The notes under the pieces were generated by a model. It was not told the origin of the DNA. It ran no database searches and saw only the letters and a program-made list of their open reading frames with translations. The translations under genes and the position numbers were made by a program. This document shows positions 1 to 10,212 of a stretch of 64,000 bases of DNA, piece after piece. The stretch lies in the NCBI GenBank assembly GCA_964234715.1, contig OZ174281.1; one strand, written 5' to 3'. The stretch comes from Podarcis melisellensis. Its lineage: Eukaryota. Each line of letters begins with the position of its first letter. Within the stretch, counting starts at the first letter, position 1.

Positions 1-215
1 AGTCCCCTCAAATACTGATAGTTTCAGGACCTACCTGAATTTTGCATGAATTTCTTCCACTCACTCATTTGGTGTGAACCTGCAAGATTTCTCATTTTCT
101 CAGCCTTCTGATCTTTGGAGAGATTATTGTTTTTTGTTTTTAGTCAGATGGGGGGGGGGAGCCCTCTGGAAATAGACACCCGCCCCTCTCCAGTGGGAGA
201 GAGAGGAGGGGTGTC

Positions 216-240
216 AGAGAGAGAGAGAGAGAGAAAGAAA
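216..240. repeat. (GA)n microsatellite
   Basis: AGAGAGAGAG... run. Confidence 0.85.
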
Positions 241-369
241 AGGGGGTGACAGGTCCCCACAATTGACTTTGTCTCTGCTCACTGCCAGGATGTGACCCCA
301 ACAGAGTATGCTCAAGGCAATGTAGCCCTCAGTGGATTCCACTCCCACACCAAATTCAGACATTTAACA

Positions 370-1129
370 TAAGGTTGCCAGATTTTTTCCAAAGAATCCA
401 GGGACACTTTGTTTTGGAAAAGAGAAAAAAGGGTGTTTTTTAAAATAAGTTTTGTTTTTTTTTAAATAAGAAGTAATATCCTTCCTCTGGGCCCCGGCCT
501 GCTCTCTTGGAGTGCTAGCCACCATGGAATAGTCTCGGGTTGGGCCTGGGCTCGGTCACATCCCCTTGCCCACCCGGTGCTCTCCCACCTCTCCTCCTTA
601 GTGGCGGTGGCAGTGGTGCGGCAAGGTCAGGGTTCTCCTCTTTTTTCTCCTTCCTCTTTCTCTCTCTTCCTTCTCCTTCTCCTCTCCTCCTCCTCCCTGT
701 ATTGGCTCCGGGGTTTTCCTGGCCCCGGAGCACCACTGGGCAGTCGGCTGGATGGCCGGTCGCTCTCGCTCCTGGCTCAATTTGGGTTGTGGGGGAGGGG
801 GTCCAGCGGTTCCCCCTCGGCAGTGGCAGCGGCAGTCTCAGCAGCCCGGAGCCAGCCTGGTAGCACAGTGGGCTCTGGCTGGCTTCAGGAGCTGCCCGTT
901 GCCGTGGCGCCCGCCATTTTGCCTCTTTGGAAGTCCCCATATGATGTGTCTTGTGCCATTGAACCAACCACGCAACATTCATTCCCTACTAGTAAATCTA
1001 TAACACTTAAAATATAAATCCGGGGACATTAAATGAAATCTGGGGAAATTCCGGGGACGGATTTTGTCCAGGGACAGATTTGTAAATCCGGGGACTGTCC
1101 CCGGGAAACGGGGACGTCTGGTAATCATA
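370..1129. mobile_element. Non-autonomous hAT-type (Blackjack/MER53-like termini) DNA transposon
   Basis: Imperfect TIRs TAAGGTTGCCAGA / TCTGGTAATCATA and clustered subterminal (AAT)CCGGGGAC motifs near both ends; no clear TSD. Confidence 0.6.
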
Positions 1130-3866
1130 CATGCTTTGGATATGTGAGGGCAAGGAGAGCCAGGAGGCCTTTTGGGCCTGACTTTGATCCAGAAAACAGT
1201 TCTGTGTAGGAAAGGTCCTGGAACATAGCATTTTCTGTGGCTGCATGTTAGATCTTCATGGCTCAGGATTTCCAAGAGATCTTCAATTCACAGGGCTTTC
1301 TAAATGTGAAGCAATCCTCATAGTAATACATAGCTTTCCTTACTGTCTCACCTATAAGTAACAGTCATCCTAGCCTTGGAATTCAGGAAAGTCTCTCAGA
1401 CATGTGCTGAGATGGCTGGTATCAGACACAGGTTATAAACTAGATTTGGCAGGGGCCATAAACCTCTTTCTTTCAGGAAGACGAAGAGGCGTCTGGTGTC
1501 AGGCTGACACAAACCATTTGACTGGGAACCGATTCCATCCCCCATAGGCAGGTCCTTATAGCTGCATTAAAATACAGAATGGCTGATAACAGGCCCTGTT
1601 AATGTTTATTGGCACTTGGTTTTCCTTTGCACCTCTCCTCAGACAGATTTGGGGTTTTCCCCACTGGGTGCCATGAGCCTATCAGCGAGTTCAGGCTTGT
1701 ATGGAGTGCAAGGTCTTTGCTACCCTTTGGAATGTGAAGCTCTAGTGACACAACTTTAGCCCTGGCCTCCTTCATTCTGCAGACACTTTAATTTTTTTAA
1801 AATCAACCCCCCTTTTCTGCTGGAGGGAAGTGTTTCAAATGGAAAGGACCACAGAATGGATTTTGCATGTCATACTATACTACTGACTTCAGAATTTTCA
1901 TTTCCCACTATATATGCATGGTTTGTTGTTATAGAAATTCCCTCTGGCTCAGTTTGACCAGGAAACAGGCAAGAAAAGCAAAAATGGAGGGTAGTTAGAC
2001 TAAGCCTGTTGACTGAGGGAGGGCAAAGAGCAGGGAAACTGGTCGAGTGCCATTTGCTAACCACCCTGGGACTCTTGGTTCAGTTCCATGCTTCATTTTG
2101 GATAGCCACTGCCATACCTGGGAAATCACAAACCCTCAGTGCACCTCAATGTGAGGGTTATGGAGACTTTTCTCTTTGGGGTTGTCAAGGCAAAGCAGAA
2201 ACACCCATAATCTGCCTGAGGCACATAAATTAATTAAATCTGAATTCAGATGACAGAAATGTAGGTATGGTTGGATCATAGCCTGGTGTCTGGAGACCAT
2301 CTAGTCTAGCTTCCTTTCACTCATATGGAGCATGTGAGCAACAGGAATAAGAAATGGGGCTAAAGGAGCCTTTCAGATTTGGCTTCTAGAACTTCTACAT
2401 ATTGCAATAATGCTTGCATCATTTGCAATAAGGGAACTGCTCTGAAAGCTCTCATGGTGCCTACCAATCAGCATGTTTGATAATTGTGGACTTCTGATGC
2501 TCATTAATGGTTTGGACAAGCAGTCAGCATAGATCTGGAGGGGTCAGTAGAATATTCTCCTTTCTGGAATGGACAACATTTCCATAAACCAATGGCAATT
2601 TGTTTTTGTCATTTATTAAATTGAATCAAAGTGCTGAAGTTATGCAGACCATAGCAAGTGTTTATATTGGACAGCATTCTGCAGATGCCTGAACCTATGG
2701 TTGTCAACTGTACAAGGAATTTTGCTTGAGTAAGAATTAGGATCAGAGCCTTCAAGGTTTTTCATAAACCTCTGACATACCTCTGAACTCTCCTGGTCAT
2801 TTTTCTCTTCCTTCACAATAGGCGGGTGTTAGATTGCTCAATAAAGCAAGATGTATCTGCCTTGATGAAAGGAACATAATTTAGGATTTTAATATTATTC
2901 TTCCCTAATCTGTGCACTCAGTAGAAACAAAGCAAACTCAGTTTGGACAAAAATGTGGTGCTAGGTACAATAAGACAAGCACATGCTGATTATTCTTTAA
3001 TTTTGATTTTCCAAGGAATAATTCTTACATTGGATGGGGAGTTTCCACACCAGTATGGTATACTCCTGGTGGCTCTTGCACAGTGATTTCCTTGGGGTAG
3101 CTGCAACATGTCTGTAAGAAGCATTTTCCGTCACATTTGTGGGGGCTGGTGGCCAGGATGGTGCAGGTGGCCTCAGAATTGAATGCGCTGGGTCCCCCTT
3201 CACAACCTCCAGCCCCAGCTGTAGCTGGGAAGGGACATGTCCTTGTCAGAATTCTTTCCCAGTCATTCCAAAGCTGTTTCTCTTGCAGTACTCAGTGAAG
3301 TGACTCCCCCTTGAAACATTCCCTCACAGCCTGCCATATTGTTTACTTCAGGCAGCTGCTACTGTCTCATAATGACCTATTTCAGAAGTGAGAGAATAAA
3401 ACCTTCACATTAAGAGGCATTGAGAACCTCTGGCTCAGTTAATCTCCCAAGCACGCCAATTAGCTCAGAAAGGACAGGGGTTAAGCACATGGGTTTACAC
3501 AGTATCTCCAAGAATTCTGTCCACATAGTCAAGTTGTACAAAGTGAAATGCATTCATGAAAACTTGATAAAAATGGTCTAGAGTACCATCCAGGAGCAAT
3601 TCACCCTGGAGTCCGAGACAGAATGAGCGCAAGCAATTGATCTGCGAAATGTCATGCAAACTGCTCATACTGAGTACCGAACTCCCTAGGGGGCAGAATG
3701 TCACAAGCCTCCTCACCAGCTGAAGTAATTCGCAGAACAGATATTGTGCAGAAGCAGCGATAGCAAAACAGAAAAGGACCGGAGGATGGTCTTGCCACAC
3801 CAACACTCCAGCTGTCTTCCTTGCCACTGCGTCACTTTCAGCTCTTCAAAGAACCATGGAACTGAC

Positions 3867-4191
3867 CATGGACGTAGCCAGGGTTTTTTTTTGGGGGGGC
3901 AGGCTTTTTGTTGGGGAGGGGGGCAGAACCACAGTTTGCTATGTATTTTTATTGATTTTTATTAATTTAGGGGGGTAGCTGCCAGTGGCGTAGCGTGGGT
4001 TGTCAGCACCTGGGGCAAGGCAAGTAATTTGCACCCCCTAACCCGTGGATTTGCGCCCCCTAACCCGTGGATTTGCGCCCCCTAACCCTAACCCCCAGAA
4101 GTTGCGGCCGGTGCGGCCGGCCCCCCCCTGCACCCCCCACGCTACGCCACTGGTAGCTGTCCCTCCCTGCCCGTCCTTGGCTACGCCCATG
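3867..4191. mobile_element. hAT MITE (CATGGGCGTAGCC termini) carrying a nested second MITE
   Basis: TIRs CATGGACGTAGCCA / TGGCTACGCCCATG; same family as 20041-20293 and 53982-54114; degraded 8-bp TSD GAACTGAC/GAATGGAC. Confidence 0.8.
3983..4152. mobile_element. Nested hAT MITE (CAGTGGCGTAGCGTGGG termini)
   Basis: Perfect 17-bp TIR; 8-bp TSD GTAGCTGC/GTAGCTGT; internal 22-bp tandem repeat. Confidence 0.85.
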
Positions 4192-5019
4192 GAATGGACT
4201 GACCGAACTTGAGTATGCAGGAGAGCATTTGGGAGTGATCTTGCCAACCACCCAGGTCATTTCTCTACCCTAAAGTCGGCCAGAGCTTCAGCAGACCCCC
4301 CAGACCAGGCAATGCAGAGCTCCATCAGTCTCCCAACCGAGTGGATTTGTCATGTACTTGTCCATGAAAGGAACTATTTTAATTATTATCCAAATTGAGT
4401 CATTGAGGGGCAAGGAGAGGCAGCAATCCCATATGATTGTTTCTAGCCTTTCCTGGCTCCCACTCATGGACAGTATTCAGACTCTCAGCTTGGTTCTTGC
4501 CAAAAGCTTTATTTCAAAATTCATCACACTGCCCAGACATACACCAGGCTGCAGATTGCATAGATCAGGTTCAGATGTACATATAGTGCCATCTAAGGTA
4601 CATGGCTAGAGATTAATGAAGAGCGGCATGGGCACAGCCATTCGCATGGTGATTGTCCCAAGCAGCGGGTGCTCCTGAGCATAGACTGGGTCTGGTGCTG
4701 CCATCACAGTCAACACTGTGATGGAGGAAGAGACAATGTGGCCCACTCATTGCCCGATTAGGTCTCAGGTGCCTCCCCAGGGAGTGCATCGCTGACAGGA
4801 GGCTGTGCTGGAGTTGTGTCAGGCAGCTCTTTCACCACAGTAGGAGCATTCAGTGGCAATGAGGTGGGAGCCCTCCAGAAAAGCCCACTTGGTCCATCCC
4901 CAGGTGAGCATCCAGGTGAGTGTCTTCCAGACCAGCAGGCCCTTCCCCAGGATGTGGCTCCATGTTCTGGCCCCAATCCTCCCCAGCCTCTAACCAGCCC
5001 TGCCAAGAAGTCTTCATGA

Positions 5020-5680
5020 TGCACAAACCTTTTATAAAAGAATGGAAATGGTTTATTGAATATTAACAAACAAATTGGAAACAGATAAGAAAATTGGCAG
5101 GATTGTTGCAATAACCTGCAGTTTTATAAAAGAGTATAGTTTTAAAGTAGATGTATGAGTAAGTTATAGGGACGCAGGTGGCGCTGTGGGTTAAAGCCTC
5201 AGCGCCTAGGACTTGCCGATCGAAAGGTCGGCGGTTCGAATCCCTGCTGCGGGGTGCGCTCCCGCTGCTCGGTCCCAGCGCCTGCCAACCTAGCAGTTCG
5301 AAAGCACCCCCGGGTGCAAGTAGATAAATAGGGACCGCTTACTAGCGGGAAGGTAAACGGCGTTTCCGTGTGCAGCTCTGGCTCGCCAGAGCAGCGATGT
5401 CACGCTGGCCACGTGACCCGGAAGTGTCTCCGGACAGCGCTGGCCCCTGGCCTCTTGAGTGAGATGGGCGCACAACCCCAGAGTCTGTCAAGACTGGCCC
5501 GTACGGGCAGGGGTACCTTTACTTTACCTTATGAGTAAGTTAAGTTAATTTGGAATATGCAGAAAATATAAAAAATAAATTTAAGGAACCGCAGAAAGAG
5601 GGGGAAGGAAGTTGAGTTTTGAAATGTTAAAATGATTGTAAAATTATTGAAATGTATAAAACTTGAAAATCATAAAAAGA
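5020..5680 (+). mobile_element. Degraded L1-type LINE 3' end, interrupted by a Sauria SINE
   Basis: FIKEWKWFIEY-like end of ORF2 followed by an A-rich 3' UTR; boundaries approximate. Confidence 0.45.
5167..5530 (+). mobile_element. Sauria SINE, full length
   Basis: tRNA-derived head (A box TGGCGCTGTGG, B box GGTTCGAATCC), (ACCTTT)n-type tail, 12-bp TSD ATGAGTAAGTTA. Confidence 0.93.
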
Positions 5681-6187
5681 AGTCTCTGTGACAAATGTAT
5701 TTTCTACTTCAATAGTGATCCTGTTCAAGGTGCCAGGATGAAGGGTAGTATACAAATTTAACAAATAAATTAATTTTAAAATGTTACTGGCAGAAGTGCC
5801 TATCCATTGCACAGGTGGCAAACCACCTGGATAGAAAGCAGCCACTACTAACTGCATCTTTAACACACGTAGGAATGTCGTAGTAAGATGTTTTGGGTAT
5901 CTTAAAGCTTGCTGAAGGTGTCTCACTGTCTGCCACGGCCTTGAGGAGAAAGCAGGTGCAGACCATGAAATAGTGTTACTGCCAAAGGAAGAGGATTACA
6001 GAGCACACAATAACCAGCTCACAGGGGAAGGGGGAAATGGTGTGGTACAATTTCTCAGTCTATGCTTGAGAACCATCTGCAGCAGCTTCCTAATTCCTGT
6101 GGTTTTAAGCTTGTTTGATGTCATAATTGTATGCATTGAAACTGTTTAGTTAAGAGTTGTTAACGTGATTCTCTAGTTTTGAGAGTA

Positions 6188-6429
6188 CAGTGGTACCTCA
6201 GGTTACAGACGCTTCAGGTTACATATGCTTCAGGTTACAGACTCCGCTAACCCAGAAATGTTACCTTGGGTTAAGAACTTTGCTTCAGGATGAGAACAGA
6301 AATCGTGCTCTGGTGGCGCAGCGGCAGCGGGAGGCCCCATTAGCTAAAGTGGTGCTTCAGGTTAAGAACAGTTCCAGGGTAAGAACGGACCTCCAGAACA
6401 AATTAAGTTCTTAACCTGAGGTACCACTG
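6188..6429. mobile_element. Tc1/mariner (Tigger-like) MITE
   Basis: Perfect 18-bp TIR CAGTGGTACCTCAGGTTA flanked by TA on both sides. Confidence 0.9.
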
Positions 6430-6496
6430 TATTGAAGCCATTCCAGTTTAAAATCCTCATCAAGTAAAACATTTACTGAAACAATGATTATTGAGA

Positions 6497-6632
6497 TAGG
6501 ATAGCTCAGTCATTAGAGCATGTGAGTTAATCTTAGGCTTGTGGGTTCAAGCCCACATTGGGCAACAGATTCCTGCGCTGCAGGGGGTTGGACTGGTTGG
6601 CGCTCTTGGTCCCTTCCAACTCAACAATTCTG
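6497..6632 (+). mobile_element. Short tRNA-derived SINE with CR1-type 3' tail
   Basis: TAGCTCAGT A box, GGTTCAAGCCC B box, tail GGGGGTTGGAC...GGTCCCTTCCAACTC like the CR1 3' ends in this window. Confidence 0.7.
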
Positions 6633-8396
6633 CAGTTCTGTGACTTCTCTTTGTTGTGTATTCCTGGATTTCTGCTTCTTCTGGAAAACTGGTAGATCAG
6701 CCTTCCAATAGAGGGCCCTGCTTCCTAAACACTGCACTCATGTGCTCAGAAGGCACCATTCCAGCATGTCAGAACCAACATGGCAAGGAAGTGTATTGGT
6801 GTGGAGAGGAAGTTCACCTTTGGGTTAGAGTCCTGCTGAAGAATGAAGCAGTGGGTTGGATAAGAGACAGCACTCCTCTGCCCATCACCACTGTTTTCAG
6901 ACACTTAACTCATGTTCTGTGGTGAGAAGAGCATCACAGAATCTCAGTTAAAGCATGCAAAGCATGAGGTTTTTTTAGAGCAATGTACTGATGGAATGAC
7001 TGAGTGCCACGTAAAAGAAAGCCTCCAAATTTCAAGCTCTTGTGCCGGCCATGGGTCATGGGAGGGAACCCCAGCTGGATGAACCGGAGACCACATAGAC
7101 CACGAGATAGGTTAATTTGTTTTCTTATGGCTAAAGCCAGGAGTCCTTCAAAGTCCACCTCCCACCCCCACACTTGGATACCTTTTGAAGATTTAAAAAT
7201 AACATATGATATCAGGTTCTTACTCAAGATGCTTTTCTGTTTTGTCCACTGGCCAGTGTGAATTATTGCTCGGCTGCTTGACCTGTGGAACCCCACCCCA
7301 CATTTTTCAGACTTTGCCATCATTCCCAAAGCAAAGTTGCTGGTGAACCTTCAGATGAAAGTGGCAGAGCCAACAGGTGAGGAGGAAGAGGAAGAAGAGG
7401 CCAACAATTCCCACCTGAGTGAAAATGATATTCATGTGAATGGAAATGGAGGTTTGTATGTGGCTGCCTTCGGACAGGTAGATGAAGATCATACCTTTTG
7501 TAAAGGGAAGGTCTGTACTGTACACTGGTCCTTCACAAGTACATCATAGCACAAAACAACGATATGAAATACAAGCACTATTCAGTAGTAAATATCTTGA
7601 CTTATTTTTAGGTTATCAAGACCATGGGCTACAGAACTGAATGGAGCTGTGCAGACAGAGCCTCTAACAGGCGCACTAGAAGGAGTTCTGGCAACTGCAG
7701 TTGTCATGGAGAGAAACATGCCTGAAATGTATGTGAGAATCATCAGAGATGCACCATTACACGCTCCGTTGCACCTACAAAATATGCTTATTACCGTAAT
7801 TGATATTTTTCATTGTATTATCGTGATGAAGGTTTTTTATGTCATGGACTCTGCGTAAAGATATCTTGGAGCTGTGTGAAGATCTGAGCATTTTGAAGAG
7901 TCAAGATGGAGTTCAAGAGCAATAGACAGCTGTTGCAATTCTATTTTGTTCCAACTTGCGTACCACACAGTGTCCCGCAGTGCAGTTTTAATGCTGCTGC
8001 TTTCTACATCAAAGTGTGACTCTTTGACATCACCTGTTCCACAGGTGTGCCAAATAACAGCAGGTTTTATTTACAAAATGTGTAAGTGCTGTCTTACTGT
8101 TAATGTAGCAGTCATTAAAAATAGTCAGCATTTGAGGGATTTTTTATTTGAACCCCACTTTTTGATATGCATTGAACACATTTTTAAAAAACATTGCTGA
8201 AATGCCATCTACTGCTGCAGCATAAAATGGATTCCACAATGTTCCCCCTGGCACTAATGTTTAATTGTTTATTAACACAATTTTAATAGTACAAAGCAAA
8301 CCCCTGTACATCTCTTAGAGGACACATGGGGAGTCAAAAGTAAAATAAAAAAACAAACCAAAACATTAATCTGTCATCAAAACCCATTAGGAAGTA

Positions 8397-8596
8397 CAGT
8401 TGTACCTTGGTTGTCGAACAGAATCCGTTCTGGAAGTCGATTCGACTCCTGGAACCATTCAAAAACAATCGGAACCCGAGTTGGACGTTCGGCTTCCAAA
8501 GAACGTTCGCCAACTGGAACACTCACTTCCAGGCTTGCAGCATTTGGGAGGCAAAACGTCTGAGTCACAAGTTTTTCAGGATCCAAGGTATGACTG
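8397..8596. mobile_element. Tc1/mariner (Tigger-like) MITE, second family
   Basis: TIRs CAGTTGTACCTTGG / CCAAGGTATGACTG with TA flanks; partial inverted relative at 41920-42045. Confidence 0.8.
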
Positions 8597-9100
8597 TATG
8601 AAAATTCAAGTCCACAAGGTTGATAGCAGCCAGAAAGTTTTGTATGCTGTTGGTATATGCATTTGTATTTCCCCTTTGCTTACGTAAACAGCATTAATCA
8701 GATGCAGGTCATTTGTTAATTTTTCCAGCAAAGCAACTTGCCAAACCGTCTTGTACCAATTAGCTAACATGGCACCATTGAGAGGATTGAGCAATGTTCC
8801 GCCATTCAGACTGGAAAACAACAGCAATCAGAAATCCCCTGTTTATTTTTATTCCTTTTTCTTGATTTTTAATGTAAAATTATATGCTTTTCTGTGCTTA
8901 AACAGAAATATTTATTTTAGAAAGGGAAGCTTAACTCCTATGGAAGTTAATAATATGTAGAAAGTTTATTATGATCAAAGTTTACTTTTTGTTTTCTATG
9001 AAACTAGAAACAAAAAATAAAAGAAACATTAGAATTTTCAAAAATCTCAGGTTTTATTATTGCAAGTTTACACATTGAGTGCACACCTGAAATTAAAAGG

Positions 9101-9562
9101 AAACAAGCTTGCTCCCTCCTCCATGTGACAGCCCTTTAGATATTTGAAAATAGCTATCATATCTCCTCTCAGTTTTCTCTCTTCCAGGCTAAACATACCT
9201 AACTCCCTCAACCATTCCTCATAAGGCTTAGTTTCCAGATCCTGGATCATCTTGGCTGCCCTCCTCTGCACACGTTCCATCTTGTCAACATCCTTAATTT
9301 GTGGTGCCCAGAATTGGACACAGTATTCCAAGTGTGGTCTAACCAAAGCAGAATAGAGCGGGACTATTACTTCTGGACACTATACTCCTGTTGATGAAGC
9401 CTAGAATAGCATTAGCGATTGTGATTTTTATCTTGTGAACTGCCCTGAGACCTCTGGGTATAGGGAGGTATACAAATGTAAATTTTCATCATCACACTGT
9501 TGACTCATGTTAAGCTTGTGGTCTTCTAAGACCACAAGATCCTTTTCACATGTACTACTAGG
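9101..9562 (-). mobile_element. CR1 LINE ORF2 fragment
   Basis: [14 protein letters not shown]...[11 protein letters not shown]...[24 protein letters not shown]; short L2-tail-like insert around 9418-9486. Confidence 0.93.
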
Positions 9563-9582
9563 AAGACCTCATGTCTTCAAGA

Positions 9583-10212
9583 TTATAAACTCCATCTCCA
9601 ACTCCTCGAAAGATTCCATCAACGGTGTCTCCAAAAATTTACTTGGGAAAACAGGCGAACTAATACCAGTATACTGGAAGAAGCAAAGATCACCAGTGTT
9701 GAAGTGATGATTCTTCAACATCAACTTCGTTGGACTGGTCATGTTGTGTAGTTGCCCGATTATCGTCTTCCAAAGCAACCACTCTATTCTGAACTTAAAA
9801 AATGGAAAGCGTAATGCTGGTGGTCAACATAAGAGGTTTAAAGACTGTCTCAAGGCAAATTTTAAAAAACGTAGTATAAACACAAAAAATTGGGGAACAC
9901 TTAATTGCAAGTGCTCGAATTAAAGAACAGCTTTTACCAAAGGTGTCATGGGCTTTGAAGACATTCAAACTCAGGACGCAAGGGAGAAACATGCTAAGGG
10001 GAAGGCACACTTGGCAAATCCACACTGTGATCAACTCCGGCCGGGAAACCAATGTCCCCACAGTGGAGGGACGTGTGGATCCAGAATTGGCCTCCACAGT
10101 CACGGACTCATTGTTAAGACCGTGTTTATGGAAGACAATCTTACTCGGCTTCAAGTGATCACCAAAGAAGAAGAAGAAGAAGAAGAAGAAGAAGAAGAAG
10201 AAGAAGAAGAGG
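9583..10212 (+). mobile_element. RTE-clade LINE 3' fragment with (GAA)n tail
   Basis: Disrupted LERFHQRCL...QHQLRWTGHVV...RLPKQ...GKRNAGGQHKRFKDCLK; ends in a GAA microsatellite (about 10166-10212). Confidence 0.88.

Noticed and set aside
515-1017. Cluster of overlapping 100-155 aa ORFs
   Set aside because: Low-complexity GC/pyrimidine-rich interior of a DNA transposon; no recognisable domain or splice structure.
4027-4094. CRISPR-like repeat array
   Set aside because: Head-to-tail units without unique spacers, in eukaryotic DNA, with no cas genes.
4841-4920. Tandem CAG|GTGAG donor sites suggesting an exon
   Set aside because: No coherent acceptor and frame and no protein similarity; such motifs are common by chance.
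5169-5245. tRNA-like sequences (also near 6497, 50931, 56526)
   Set aside because: These are SINE heads continuous with SINE bodies and tails, not tRNA genes.
9583-9610. Apparent identical 5' boundary of the two RTE copies, suggesting a defined non-autonomous family
   Set aside because: The 55.9-kb copy extends further upstream (ETKLLVYKAIVLPT), so the boundaries differ; ordinary 5' truncation.
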